The notes beneath the pieces were generated by a model. It searched no databases and was not told the DNA's origin. It saw nothing but the letters and a program-made list of their open reading frames with translations. Below, in pieces: positions 1-11,600 of a stretch of DNA of 64,000 nucleotides. The translations under genes and the position numbers were made by a program. The stretch lies in assembly GCA_964187785.1 (NCBI GenBank), contig OZ076409.1, forward strand, positions 44,146,001 to 44,210,000. Direction: 5' to 3'. Source of the stretch: Amphiscolops sp. MND2022 (lineage: Eukaryota). How positions within the stretch are numbered: position 1 is the first letter of the stretch; each line of letters starts with the position of its first letter.

Positions 1-422
1 ATTTTGTTCGGCAGTGAGTATAAGCGCGAGATTTAAATTTCTGAAGCTGCCGACGACAATTCGTTTCTCGTGCGATGAAACGAGCGAGTGGTAATTATGC
101 ATTCGTCGCTGACGCCATAGAGTTGAAGCGAGCGAATGTTCGCAATTATGCTTTCGTACGTCGATTTATTGAGATGAAGCGAATGCGTGTTAAATATTCG
201 TTCGCCGAGAGCTTCGCCTGCATTCAAATGCGAATGCGAAACTTCGTCTACGCTTAGCTATATTTCCTTTAGTCCGAGATTTAGAGGCAAAATAAACTGG
301 TATAGTGGTTACTCGTGCGCTAAATAATAATTAAACAGGAGTGTAATGGTATTCCTGATATGATTCTTTTATTAATTAAAGATTGAAGCAGAAATAATAG
401 TGTGCCCCGAAGGGCCTATTTT
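1..422 (+). mobile_element. Repeat family A, copy 1 (~440 bp non-autonomous element with 3' GC hairpin; Helitron-like, 5' end cut by window edge)
   Basis: Aligns by eye with 6153-6601 (+) and 57573-58032 (-). 5' stem TCGGCAG...CTGCCGA; 3' hairpin GCCC-CGAA-GGGC followed by CTATTTT. No TIR or TSD seen. Confidence 0.75.
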
Positions 423-1021
423 CCATTTGGAAAAGTAGCATAGCATTTAGCTCTTCACTGAACCTACTGGACAAGGAACTCTTCCCTTGTTGACCCTTTT
501 CAACGTTCCAATCCACGAATTCTGTCGAAAATTTGATAAAACTTGCATAATATCTTTGAAAGTTGAAAGTGTTGTCATTTCCGGTGTCATTTTGAGATAT
601 TTTTCTTTTTAAAAACCGACATCATCTCTTCGAGAAAGTACTGGACAACAAGGTTTTACCTTGTTGAACGTTTTGAACCTTGTATTTCACGATATTGGGA
701 TTTTGTTGAGCACAATTTGCGAAGCTCAAATTTTTTTGAATCTTGATTGTCTATCTTATTCGGCTAGCCAATTAATTTCAAGATTCTGAAAAGGACACTG
801 ATTTTGGAAAACAATTTGGAATGTAGTTTTGTAAATTTGAGCTTTTGTACTATACTGCAATGAAGCAGACGTTGAACCAAATCTTTGGTTACCCAAGTGT
901 TTGACCTTGTGATCTTTGAGAGTCTTGCACTGAGGGTCTCAGCGGCTGTTTTGAGTTTTTTGTTGTTCCAGAATAATAGGCAAGAAAACTAGTTTCTGCC
1001 ATTTTCTACCATGATTTATAT

Positions 1022-1526
1022 CAGGGGTTTTCAAAAATTAATTGATGAAAAATTAATTGCAATTAATTGAGTAAATAATTGATTTGAAAGCCCCAATTAA
1101 TTAAAAAGCGGATTTACTCAATAGCAATTAATTGCAATAATTGGCCAATTTTTGACTACCTAAAATAAGACTAAAAAACGCAAGAAAACCGGCAAGAGCA
1201 GCCTCTATATATCTCCCAACTTCATTTTACCAACTTCTGATATGGTAGAACGATTTTTCAGCAATGCCGGATTTGCTTTTTCTGATTTTCGCCAAGCATT
1301 ACTGCCAATAAACTTGGAAATGCAACTCTTTTTAAAGGTTAATCACCGATTTTGGGACGATCATACTGTCGATACTGTGAAAAACTCAGTAAATATCAAT
1401 GCCGAACAATTGACCAATTAATTGCAATTAATTGGTTTTAAGCCAATTATATTGGTATTAATTTTTGATTTAACAATTAACTGAAATTTAATTTTTTGTT
1501 TGAAAATTAATTTTTCAAAACCCCTG
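1022..1526 (+). mobile_element. Internally deleted hAT DNA transposon
   Basis: 22-bp TIRs CAGGGGTTTT(C/G)AAAAATTAATT (1 mismatch). Perfect 8-bp TSD ATTTATAT at 1014-1021 and 1527-1534. From ~1221 it translates as FILPTSDMVERFFSNAGFAFSDFRQALLPINLEMQLFLKVNHRFWD, a hAT C-terminal dimerisation motif. Confidence 0.92.
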
Positions 1527-1800
1527 ATTTATATGAGATTGAATTTCAGCTGGAAATGGGCTGAATTATAAAGTTGGAATAAAACGAACAGGCAGAATGA
1601 CAGGCAGAAATTTTTATAGTTTTTCTCATACCTTTTCCTACAAAAGTAATGTGTGGTTATTCGTTTGGTCTTTCATCTGAAAGGATACCAAGTTAATTTT
1701 TGTCGGTATAATGGAAGTGCAAGTTCCGTCATAGCATCATTGAAACTAAGCATGATTTGTATTCTACAGAGATGTTTGCTGAACGCTGAATTTCGGTAAG

Positions 1801-1890
1801 CCAATGTCTAATATCCAATTATTTTAACCTGACGTCATATTGCATCATACTGGAGAACTATTTGATTGGTCTCCGAGGTTTACGTCATGC
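1801..1890 (+). promoter_or_regulatory. Candidate RIOK3 proximal regulatory region (CRE and CCAAT motifs)
   Basis: TGACGTCA at 1830-1837, TTACGTCA near 1880, CCAAT at 1801 and 1815, ATTGG near 1865; 100-190 nt upstream of the ATG. Motif presence only. Confidence 0.3.
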
Positions 1891-1990
1891 TGACAAATGT
1901 AAAAATATGGTAGCACCTTCATGCAACTATTTTTCAGATTAGAATAGCAATCGGAACGTCGTGTTGATTCGCTCTTTTTTCGTGTAAAAA

Positions 1991-4442
1991 ATGTCTAATT
2001 CGACTCGAATGATGTGGAAAAATTGTGGAAGTCCCCCTTCGAACCAAAGCAATGTCACAATGAACATGGCAAGTTACGGCAACGTGGAAGGCGTAGGCTC
2101 ACCACCAGGTGGTGTCGTGAGTCTGGAAGAACTGATGAGTGAACAGCTGGCGCGAGAATTGCAGGTACTGTTTGAGTGCTTTTTCTCATTTTAAGGACCA
2201 ACAAGTCAAAGAATATCTTGCTACATCATATTAAAAATTTATTTTTGCCTTATAAAGGTCTTGAAACCTTTTTGCAGCCTAACATATTTTGAAACATTTA
2301 AACCGCGCGCACCGAAACCACAGATCGATTTCTCGATGATGTTTTATGTACCCATGCTACGCAAAAGGCCTTTTGCAAGATTATAGTGTTTTGTATTGAT
2401 ATTAGATAAGAATTAAGTTTTTAGCTTCAAGCCGGCCATTGCTTGACCGCATAGTTTCAAATATGGTACTTTACCCTATATATGAGATATATATAGATGA
2501 TATAAAGGGCGCCGACTTAAGCAGGATTGCATATTCGGCGTCCAGTCGCACAATTGGGGAAACAATTTTTATACTTTTTAATGAGCCATGTATCGTCCAA
2601 GTCATGACTGAAAATTATTTGAGCTATCTGAAAATACGTTGATAATCATCAAGTGATGATACAATTCATAGGAAGAAGAGAACCTACAGGCGGGTCTGAC
2701 CCCCACAGCTCCTGACCTGAATCAGTTGGAGGGAATTGACGAGCAGGATGTTGGTCCAATTTGTTCCAATCTGGATTCGTTCACATTCGATGGCAACGAT
2801 GTGTCTTCTGATTGGCTAATGGCTCAAATGCTGCAGAAGGAGTACGACCACGAGTTTGATAGAGAAATAGGAAGAATTGAAAAGGTTCGAAAATTCATCT
2901 GAAAATTATTTCTTCAGACTACTTAGCATTCAAAATGGTTCGTATTTCATTTTTCCTTTTCATAATTTGATGTTGATTCATCATAATAAAGTTGAAAAAC
3001 GTTCCTATTTGAGTTATATCGATCAATAACTTTGCCGTTTCCGTTGTCAATTAAATGCAGATCAAAATTCAATTTTTACTGAGTGAATGCAACTAGACGT
3101 AAGTTGGTTACTTACATATGTTTTAAGGAGACACTTTTTATTTTAGGCAACAAACAAGAATAGCAAGATTTCGATGTCATATCAGCATTATAAGCTAGCT
3201 CCCGGGAGGTATGACTCAAGCTCTTCAAGTGACAGTGACGTCGAAGCTACGGAGAAATGGGAGTTGTATTCCAAAGCGGAAAAACCCGTTAGAATCCAAT
3301 CTAAACGCGCTTGTGTGAAAAGCGCCGATGGTGCCCAGGTAACGAAACATGACTCAGCTATCTGTGGTAAACGAAACGTGTGTAAGATGGAAAACTTTGG
3401 GCCCACTTTCAGCAGCGGAGATGGAACCGGTATGGAATTGAAGCTTTCCAATAAAGTTTACAACACGTTGAAGAACCATTCATACAGCCAGGAAAATAGA
3501 GCTGCGAAACTTCATGAGAAAAAAGACAACTCCACGGCAGAAAACGCAATGGATGCTAAAACTAAGCTGATGATCCTCAAATTGGTTAACAATGGGTTGC
3601 TTGACAGTGTGGGGGGTTGTGTAAGTGCGGGTAAAGAAGCCAATATTTACCACGCTTTTGGAGGCGAAGGTACAGAACGCATACCAGTAGTACCCCCTGA
3701 AATAGCTCTCAAAGTTCATAAATCAACATTGAACGAATTCAAAACTCGTGATCAATACATTGCCGATGACTACAGGTTCAGGAAACATTACAGCAAACAG
3801 AATCCTCGCAAAATAGTTGAGCAATGGGCCCTGAAGGAGTTTCTGAATCTTGAAAAGATGAAAAAATCGGACATTGTGTGTCCAAAAGTCATCAAAGTGA
3901 AGAAGAATCTTGTGATAATGGAATTTCTTGGTGAAGAAGGAATCCCAGCTCCTACTTTGAAAGCTGCCACCCTTAGCCAAAAAGACCTTCTTTCAGCTTT
4001 TGAACAATCAACTAAATGTATCAAAGATTTGTACAGAAAGTGTAAACTTATCCACGCTGACCTCAGTGAATACAATCTACTTTGGCACCAGTCAGAGGTT
4101 TATGTGATAGATGTAAGCCAAGCTGTTGATATATCACATCCAAAAGCTCATCATTTCCTGTTTCGAGATTGTAGAAACCTCACCTCATTTTTCAAGAAAC
4201 ATCTCGCCGATGTGACAATTCCTGAAACTTTCGAGCTTTTCAACAAAATCACCGGTTATAATCTACAAGAAGGAAAAGAAGGCGAATTGGAATCCCAAAT
4301 TGACGCTTTTGGAAATAACCAAGAACTGATTGAGTATCAGACAAGCAGAACAAACTATCCTTTTGATTATTTGTACGATAAGTCAGCACTGGGATATTCT
4401 TGGGTTGCCAGTAAGGAAAACGCAGTAGTTGTCGCAAACTGA
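1991..4442 (+). CDS. RIOK3: RIO kinase 3, ~560 aa; join(1991..2164,2672..2884,3147..4442)
   Basis: Phase-0 GT-AG introns join in frame. RIOK3-type N-terminal motifs SLEELMSEQLARELQ and SSDWLMAQMLQKEYD. RIO kinase motifs SAGKEANIYHA, LIHADLSEYNLL and VIDVSQAV. Confidence 0.93.
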
Positions 4443-5863
4443 AATTCATCACGATTCAAACATGAAATGAATGGTATTTTCTAATCCTCAATCTTTTCAG
4501 TGGTGAAAGTGTTCCTTACGCCTTTCATACTTTAAATTGGATATAAAATTATTAGTTAAAAATAATAATCGAACCTTCAGTTTTTTCTGATGGCTAAAAG
4601 TTATGACTGTTGATCGATGATGAATCCAGTTGTTTCCGTAGTGAATCAGCTAATTGAGGGCAAAATTAAGTCGAACATACTTATGTTACATTTACGTATT
4701 GAAGAACGGACAAGCTGCCAATGAGTAAACATTTGGTTTTTTCACACGGTTTGTAATTTTCCTGCAGTGATTGATTCGATGTTCTGCGCGCCGAGAATTT
4801 AGCTTTTCAGTCAAAGAAATTATTCAACCGAACATTGACGGTAAACCAAATTACTGCGAGGAGCGAATATCCTAGATTTGAGGTAAATTGAAAAACGCAA
4901 AAGTTACAAGTCACAGCTTTTGATGGCGAGTGCACTATATAAAGATCTCGATTGCGGACAATTTTGCGTTAGCTGGAATATAAATGAAACCTGGCTTGTG
5001 CACCTTTTTCTTTCAGGGGTTGTGCTATTTCGGCAGCTATTTTGTTCTTGGAAGCTTAACAATCGATTTATTCCATAACTTCCGTTCACAGCCGCAGTTT
5101 TGATCGAGATTCAATGATGATGACCATCCTGACTTATTATACGCACTAGCTTCAGAGGAGTGAGTCTGAAAGGTCATTATCACTTACTTTCCCTAAGTCA
5201 AGTCAAAAAGGGCTGATTGATTTTAGTAGGCGCTTTATTTGGACAGTTCAGACTATAGTTGTGACTTTTGCAGGATGCGTGAACTGACGAGTTTATAAAT
5301 ATATTTCCTACGTTTGGTCACTTCCTTCCTGTAGTCGCGGGCAATTGTGAAACGCTACAAAAAGTTCCTCTTCCAAAGTTGTCTTCTTACATCCCTGAAA
5401 CACTAGAGGAAACCATTATTTGTTCCTTTTGGCATTGTATGACCCTCCTCGAAAACTTTATTCCTCCAAAAAAACCTTCTTCGGCGTTTTTGAGATTTTG
5501 GTCAATAAGAAGTCCTGAATGGTCCTCGTTTTGAAATCTTTTTGGCCATGTTAGATTTTTTGGAGTTTTCCCAATAACTGTCCCTAAGCATTTTTTTAAA
5601 GACTTGCTTTTTTTGTCTTCAGCTGTGCGCCAACTTGGGTCGCTTTCGGTTTGTTTGATACTTCAATCAAGAAAGCAATTGTTGCTGGCTGTGGATTCTA
5701 TGTGTAATTTTTCGGAGTTTTTCTACACAGATTTTTATTAGTCTTTCTCGACAGCCTTTTAATCGAATAAGCTTGTGTCGATTTTAGAGAACATTTCGGA
5801 ATTACGGGAATTTCGTTTTCATTTTTAGTCGGCGCATTTTAACAAAATGAGCCCGACTATCAT

Positions 5864-6128
5864 AGTTGACTGAAAAAAGTTGCAAAGTTCAGATTCCAAA
5901 ATTATTACGGTCCAGTAGTTTAGCAGTTCTGTAGAAAAAGTGTCCACTACGCATACATTCTGTGGTCTGACGAAAAAAAACTTGCCACTGTAATGATTAC
6001 AGTGGCAAGTTTTTTTTTTCGTCAGACCACAGAATGTATGCGTAGTGGACACTTTTTCTACAGAACTGCTAAACTACTGGACCGTAATAATTTTGGAATC
6101 TGAACTTGGCAACTATTTTCAGTCAACT
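5864..6128. repeat. ~265-bp near-perfect palindrome (arms ~131 bp, 1-nt loop at 5995)
   Basis: Centre CACTGTAAT-G-ATTACAGTG. Arms are reverse complements apart from an A8/T9 run and a few differences at the outer ends. Confidence 0.95.
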
Positions 6129-6152
6129 TTTTGTACGCGATTCGAGTACCTA

Positions 6153-6601
6153 CTGAAAAATTCAGATATTTTGTTCGGCAGTGAGTATAAGCGTGAGATT
6201 TAAATTTCTCAAGCTGCCGACGACAATTCGTTTCTCGTGCGATGAAACGAGCGAGAGGTAATTATGCATTCGTACGCCGAATCCATTGAGATGAAGCGAG
6301 CAAATGTGCGTAATTATGCTTCTGTACGCCGAGTTATTGAAATGAAGCGAACGAGTGTTAATTATTCGTTCGCCGAGAGCTTCGCCTGCATTCAAATACG
6401 AATACGAAACTTCGTCTACGCTTAGTAGTTATATTTTCTTTAGTCCGAGAAGAATTAAAGGCGGTGTAAACTGCTACATTGTTAATTGTGCGCTCTATAA
6501 TGATTAAACACGAGTGTTTAGTTATTTCAGATATGCTTCTTTCAATGAACATGAAAGCCTAAAAAGCAGAAATAATACTCTGCCCCGCAGGGGCCTATTT
6601 T
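6153..6601 (+). mobile_element. Repeat family A, copy 2
   Basis: Homologous to 1-422; ends GCCCC-GCA-GGGGC CTATTTT. Confidence 0.75.
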
Positions 6602-8111
6602 GAGACACCGGGAATCTTTCGAAATCCTTGAAAATTTTGTGTTCATAGTCAATTAAACTGCCATAGGAACAAAGTTGGTCCGTTTGGGTTATACTGTAAG
6701 TACTTACTTTGCGAAAAAAAACTTTCTTCGGTATCACTCTTCTCTAACATATTTTTCTTGAAATTTCGGTTGTCTCAAGTTTGTGTTTATATATTAAAGC
6801 ATCTTACTGGGGCAAGTGAGAAAACGTTTTTGTTAAATTTCCAGCTTCGAAACAAGGGTTCGAATCCCAATTTCTGTTATCTTGTAGAAGTAGAAAACTT
6901 TGCCACACGAGTACTCATGATACTCCACTGTTGAATTCTTCCATAAAATCTCGATTATGGACTAGTTCCTGGGTTTTTAGTTTTGTGGTCTTAGAAAGTT
7001 TTTTTCAAGAATCAGAGTTTTAATAATCGTTTCGTGATTTACCAGAATCTTCATGAAACCCAAATTTTTCATGGGCTTAAGTTATTTTGACATTTTGCAT
7101 CCTGTGCAAGTCCTAGTATCCCAATGTATTTTAGTACCCTTTGCATTTTAGTGAAGCTGACTTGATTTCGAGTGACATTTGATGTTTTTAATCGAATCAT
7201 CCAACTCAAGATTCTTGTACCATGATACGAAAATACGCTGTCATTGCGCCTCCATGTCTTTCTATCTATCGAATTTACTTCGGCTGATTTCATCACGTTT
7301 TATCGCATTTTACCAGCAATCAAATTGTTCGACTAGAAATCATTGGCTAGCAATCAGTAGTCAGTCAGTCATAAAGCAGTTTTTCACTGGTATACAAAAA
7401 ATTGCGGTTGCCTTTAGTTTGATTTTTATGTCAATTGAATTGGCTACTTGTCAGAGAAACTCTTTGATAATCAGTTTCAAGTATGGACGTCTTTTTCCAC
7501 TCATGTACTTCATGATACATTATCTAAATATACTCTGGTAGTTGAGTGCTTTTGCACCACAATTGCGAATCTTCAGTAAAGCATTCTATTTGAAGTATTC
7601 ACGGAATGACGGTTTTGAAGATAGCTAATTATACACGTTGATAATCGCACACCTAATTTTGAAACTTCAATACTAATGCTAATAAATAGAAGATTATCTA
7701 CTAATAAATAGAAGATTTGGAATTAAATCAACTTAATCAGCATAATGTACGACCGCCTTCATATCGATGTATACCTTGAGATTGTCGAACCACATACCTG
7801 TAATATCAGTCATGAATTGTTTCCAATTTTCGTGATCAAAACATTGTTATTTCTTGTTAACTGCAAATACAAATTCCACAGATTTGAAAACATTTCAGAC
7901 TTGATGTAACCACGTGACGTTTAATTAAATTGTACAGTGACCCTTTCATCTTCGACGTGACTTTCTTAGCTCTTTCAGACGGTTGTCGTCGTCGTCATTA
8001 TTATCAACTCATGAACTGATATTTGAGACGGTAATGCATCAAATGGCAATGGCCGGGAATGGCTGATACATATAGTTAATTTATGTCGAAACCAGTTTAA
8101 TTCGAAAGTAT

Positions 8112-8513
8112 AAACAAGACGAGAACGTCCAAAGCTGGCGCCTCGCTCAGGGCTCAGAAAGCGAAAGCATGTAATAAATAGAAAGTATGAATATGTAAAT
8201 TTTGAAAAATCTCAGTGTCGAAAGATATTCACAGGGGTTCCAGTTAAGTTTTTAAACCCAACCTGAAAAGATCAAGCAAACCAAAGGGGGTGCCCTTTGT
8301 TTAAATGAAAAATTTTCCGAAAAAATCGCACTGTGGCGAGAAAAAAACAAGGGAAAATTCGAAGGCAGTATCCTTTGGCCTCTCTGATTACACTTCAGAT
8401 TTTAGGCGTGAAGTCTGCAAAATGACCATTCGATGTGAGCTTTGTGGCCTGGAGAAAAAACTAGTGACGGTATTATTCGGGCGTATTTTGTTACAAAATG
8501 CGCCGAGTAAAAA
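8112..8513 (+). mobile_element. Repeat family B (Helentron/HINE-like non-autonomous element), diverged copy
   Basis: Head AAACAAGACGAGAACGTCCAAAGCTGGCGCC; tail hairpin GCGTATTTTG-TTA-CAAAATGCGC followed by CGAGTAAAAA. Confidence 0.6.
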
Positions 8514-8694
8514 TATCAAACTAGTGTGAGGATTTGAAGATGAAATCGTGCTTATGATTTTGTCCACTTCATTGATGTAAATCACGCATAGTCTTTTCGG
8601 GTGAATTGTTAGAATTGAAAATTGAGAAACTTTTCATACTAGAAATAATTATATCTAAAACATATTTGCCATGCCTGTTAGTTAATGGTGAGAG

Positions 8695-11600
8695 ATGGAT
8701 CTTGATGTGATGCTGAACCCGGCAGTGAACAACTCTGCCGTTGGCGCTTACACGCCTTCCTCCTCGGCCGCTTCTTTGCTAGGTGGCACTTCAGGTACCA
8801 ACTCTACTGTGTCCTCTTCCTCAACCTCTTCCAACACAAACAACCTCAACACATCAAGTGGCGGTGGCCCCAGTGGCACTGTCAATGTCCTGTTCCCTGT
8901 TTCACCTTCCTTCTGTGGGTTAGTAGTTCTTTTGGGACGTCCAACTGACGAAATATTTACAGAACTGTCTATTTTGAATCGGTCACAATTCTCTATTTTC
9001 TTAGTCTTGACTATTACTATCCTTGGGCTTGCATTGAATTCTATCAGAATTGGCCTTATAATTTGAAGCATCATGCCACAACTATTTGACGAATAAGAAC
9101 CGCTGTTTTTTGTCCCCGGTAAAAATCTAAAAATGATCTTATATTTGAAAACAATACTCCCGAAGAGAAAATTTTTTAATCAGTGTCCTTTCATTCACAA
9201 TGCACATCGAAAACAATTTCCGTGTTAATCGGGTGTTTAGAATGCTATATACAGTCGGCTTTTGATAATCGAATGTCGGCTCCTCGAATATTCCGATTAA
9301 ACAATCATTTTGTTCCAGTTACGCCAGTATAAAAGGGTTTTTTGGAGCCCAAAGTTCTTGGCACTTTGAAATCTGAGATTTTCTCAAAAACCATCCTGAA
9401 CATTTTAACGGGGGCATACTTTGGTCGTTATAGAAACATAAAATTGCTTAAAAGATTTTCTAAAGGGTTTCTTGAATCGGTCAAACAGTTGAGCAAAAAC
9501 ACTGAAGTTTTTATTAGAAGTAATTTTTTTCATATATTTTCTTTTTGATGAAGGTTTATCACTGATTTTCCCTGTTGGTCTCCATAAAAAATACAAAAAT
9601 TTCAATAGTGCCATTGAAGTTTGGCCGGTATAAAAAGAAGTTTCACCTTTCTGCACAAGGTCTTGTTTTGGAAGGTTATTTGGTTGCTTTTTTTTCATGG
9701 ACCAAGGACGTTTGAAAAAAGTGGATTTTGCCAAAAAGGTAATTTTGGAAAAATATAACCATTTTTGGCTAGAAAACCCCATTTTTTGCAGCTTTGGAGC
9801 AATATTCACTTCAACTAATGCTTGTGCAGTTGAGACCAAACACGGTACCAAGAACTTGTCGAATAAAAAATGTACTGGAGAATATTGTCTTCTGGCAAAA
9901 CGGATCAGAGAATATTGTCTTCTGGCAAAACGGATCAGAAGTTGAAAAGGAAGACTGCTTTAAAGTACCCATAGGCTATTTAGAGTTAAGATTGTGAAAC
10001 AAAATTTGTAATTTCCTTTACGGAACCTGAGTAACCTTGTGACTTATATATAAAAAGGTACTGCTAAATTTGGTTCTCGAAAAAACTACTGAAACGACGG
10101 ATGCTTTTTGATTTTGTAAGAAACACAAAATGAATAACACGATTGGTTTTAATGATCTTCGATCAGAAATTTAAAAATGGAAAGACTTCCATAGAAAAAC
10201 AGTCGTTTCTTTGTACCTGAGCACCAGGTACTCTTTCCGGTTATCAAAATGATCAATTTCTTCTTGTCTTTTCAGAAATCGAGGCAGCGCCTCTTCTCGA
10301 CACGTTTCGGGAGGAAATGCTTCGAGCTCCTCGGCGGCACCGGGAGGAAATGCATCTGCTAATTCTGCTGCTGCCAATTTTGGCTACAATCTGTCCAAAA
10401 ATATTTTCAACATTCAGGGAACATCTGCTCAGGAAGTCACCACAAACATCCACGAATCGGCTTCCGATGAATTCCTTAAGGTAATATCTACTACATGTTT
10501 TTTTTATTTTCGATCGGTTTCTACAGGCTTTCGTTTGTGTCGTAATCAAACTCATCCGGTAGAAAATATATTTTTTTAAAAAATCACCGCTAATATAGAT
10601 CTTTAATTATTTTCGCATTGGATTAATGTATGTAAGCCTGTTTCAGTCGCTACTGGAAATGTACAAGCACGAAGTACTCTGTGACGTTGAACTCATAGTT
10701 GGCTCTCACCATATTAAAGCACACAAAGTGATACTTGCTGCCTCTTCTCCATACTTCAGGTGAGCTGAGCCTTGACTACCTCGTCCTGCAAAGTATTTTG
10801 ATCTGCTTTCAATTTCTTTTTCAAAAAATGAACCTCGCTTTGAACACCTTGTCAATATATCAGAGAAATATGTTATCTATGAACCAGAGTTTGTTGAAAA
10901 AGATATTGCGCTGAAACATGCAAAAAATAGTATAATTTTTGATAAATGTTTAGAGCCATGTTCGCGGGTAATATGAGGGAAAGTTCTCAGACGAAGATCG
11001 AGTTGCATGACATGGATGGGCAAGCAGCCCAGCTATTGATTGACTTCGTGTACACTCACGAGATCTCTCTGTCGCCTCAGAACATCTTCGGTGTGCTCTG
11101 CGCTGCTAACCAACTCTCCTTCATGCAGGTCATTGAAGCGTGCACAAAGTTCCTCAAACACGGCATGAACTTCAACAACTGTGTCGTTGTCAGGTAGTGG
11201 CATTGGCTTTTTCCATAAAAATTCAATTTTTTTCCAACTTGAACAGACTGCTCCACTGACAATCGAAATAACTAGAAACTCGGGATATTGCAATGCAAAG
11301 GTTTACTTAATTCATGTAATAAATTCAAAATAATTCATGTATCATTCGCAATTGTTTCAAACCTTACGAAAAACAAAGTATCAACTTACTAATTTGAAAG
11401 TAGTATTGGAAAGTTTCGTGAAATGATGATTTTCTCGATTTAAAAATAGGTGGAAACTTAAACACAATCAACGGGTGATGGACATTCTATCTTAATACAT
11501 ATAAAGACGTTATCCCGAAACTCTTCTAATTTTTATTCTAGAAGTTTGATAAAACACCAAAATGCTCTAACAGAAATTTCAAGGAACTTTTTTACTTTAA

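Noticed and set aside
33..257. Recurring MNAGEAL.ERI ORF (also 6162-6395 and 57797-58066)
   Set aside because: Recurrence is explained by family A copies; non-ATG starts, variable ends and no recognisable domain.
1770..1795. Possible 26-nt 5' UTR micro-exon with a 5-codon uORF (MFAER*) for RIOK3
   Set aside because: Splice signals are plausible (CAG|...|GTAAG) but cannot be distinguished from chance without transcripts.
3188..4452. Antisense ORFs over RIOK3 (likewise over KLHL8 exons, BEL ORFs and the GRDP-like exon)
   Set aside because: Shadow frames of real coding sequence.
9878..9939. Perfect 30-bp tandem duplication in KLHL8 intron 1
   Set aside because: Ordinary slippage-type duplication with no further structure.
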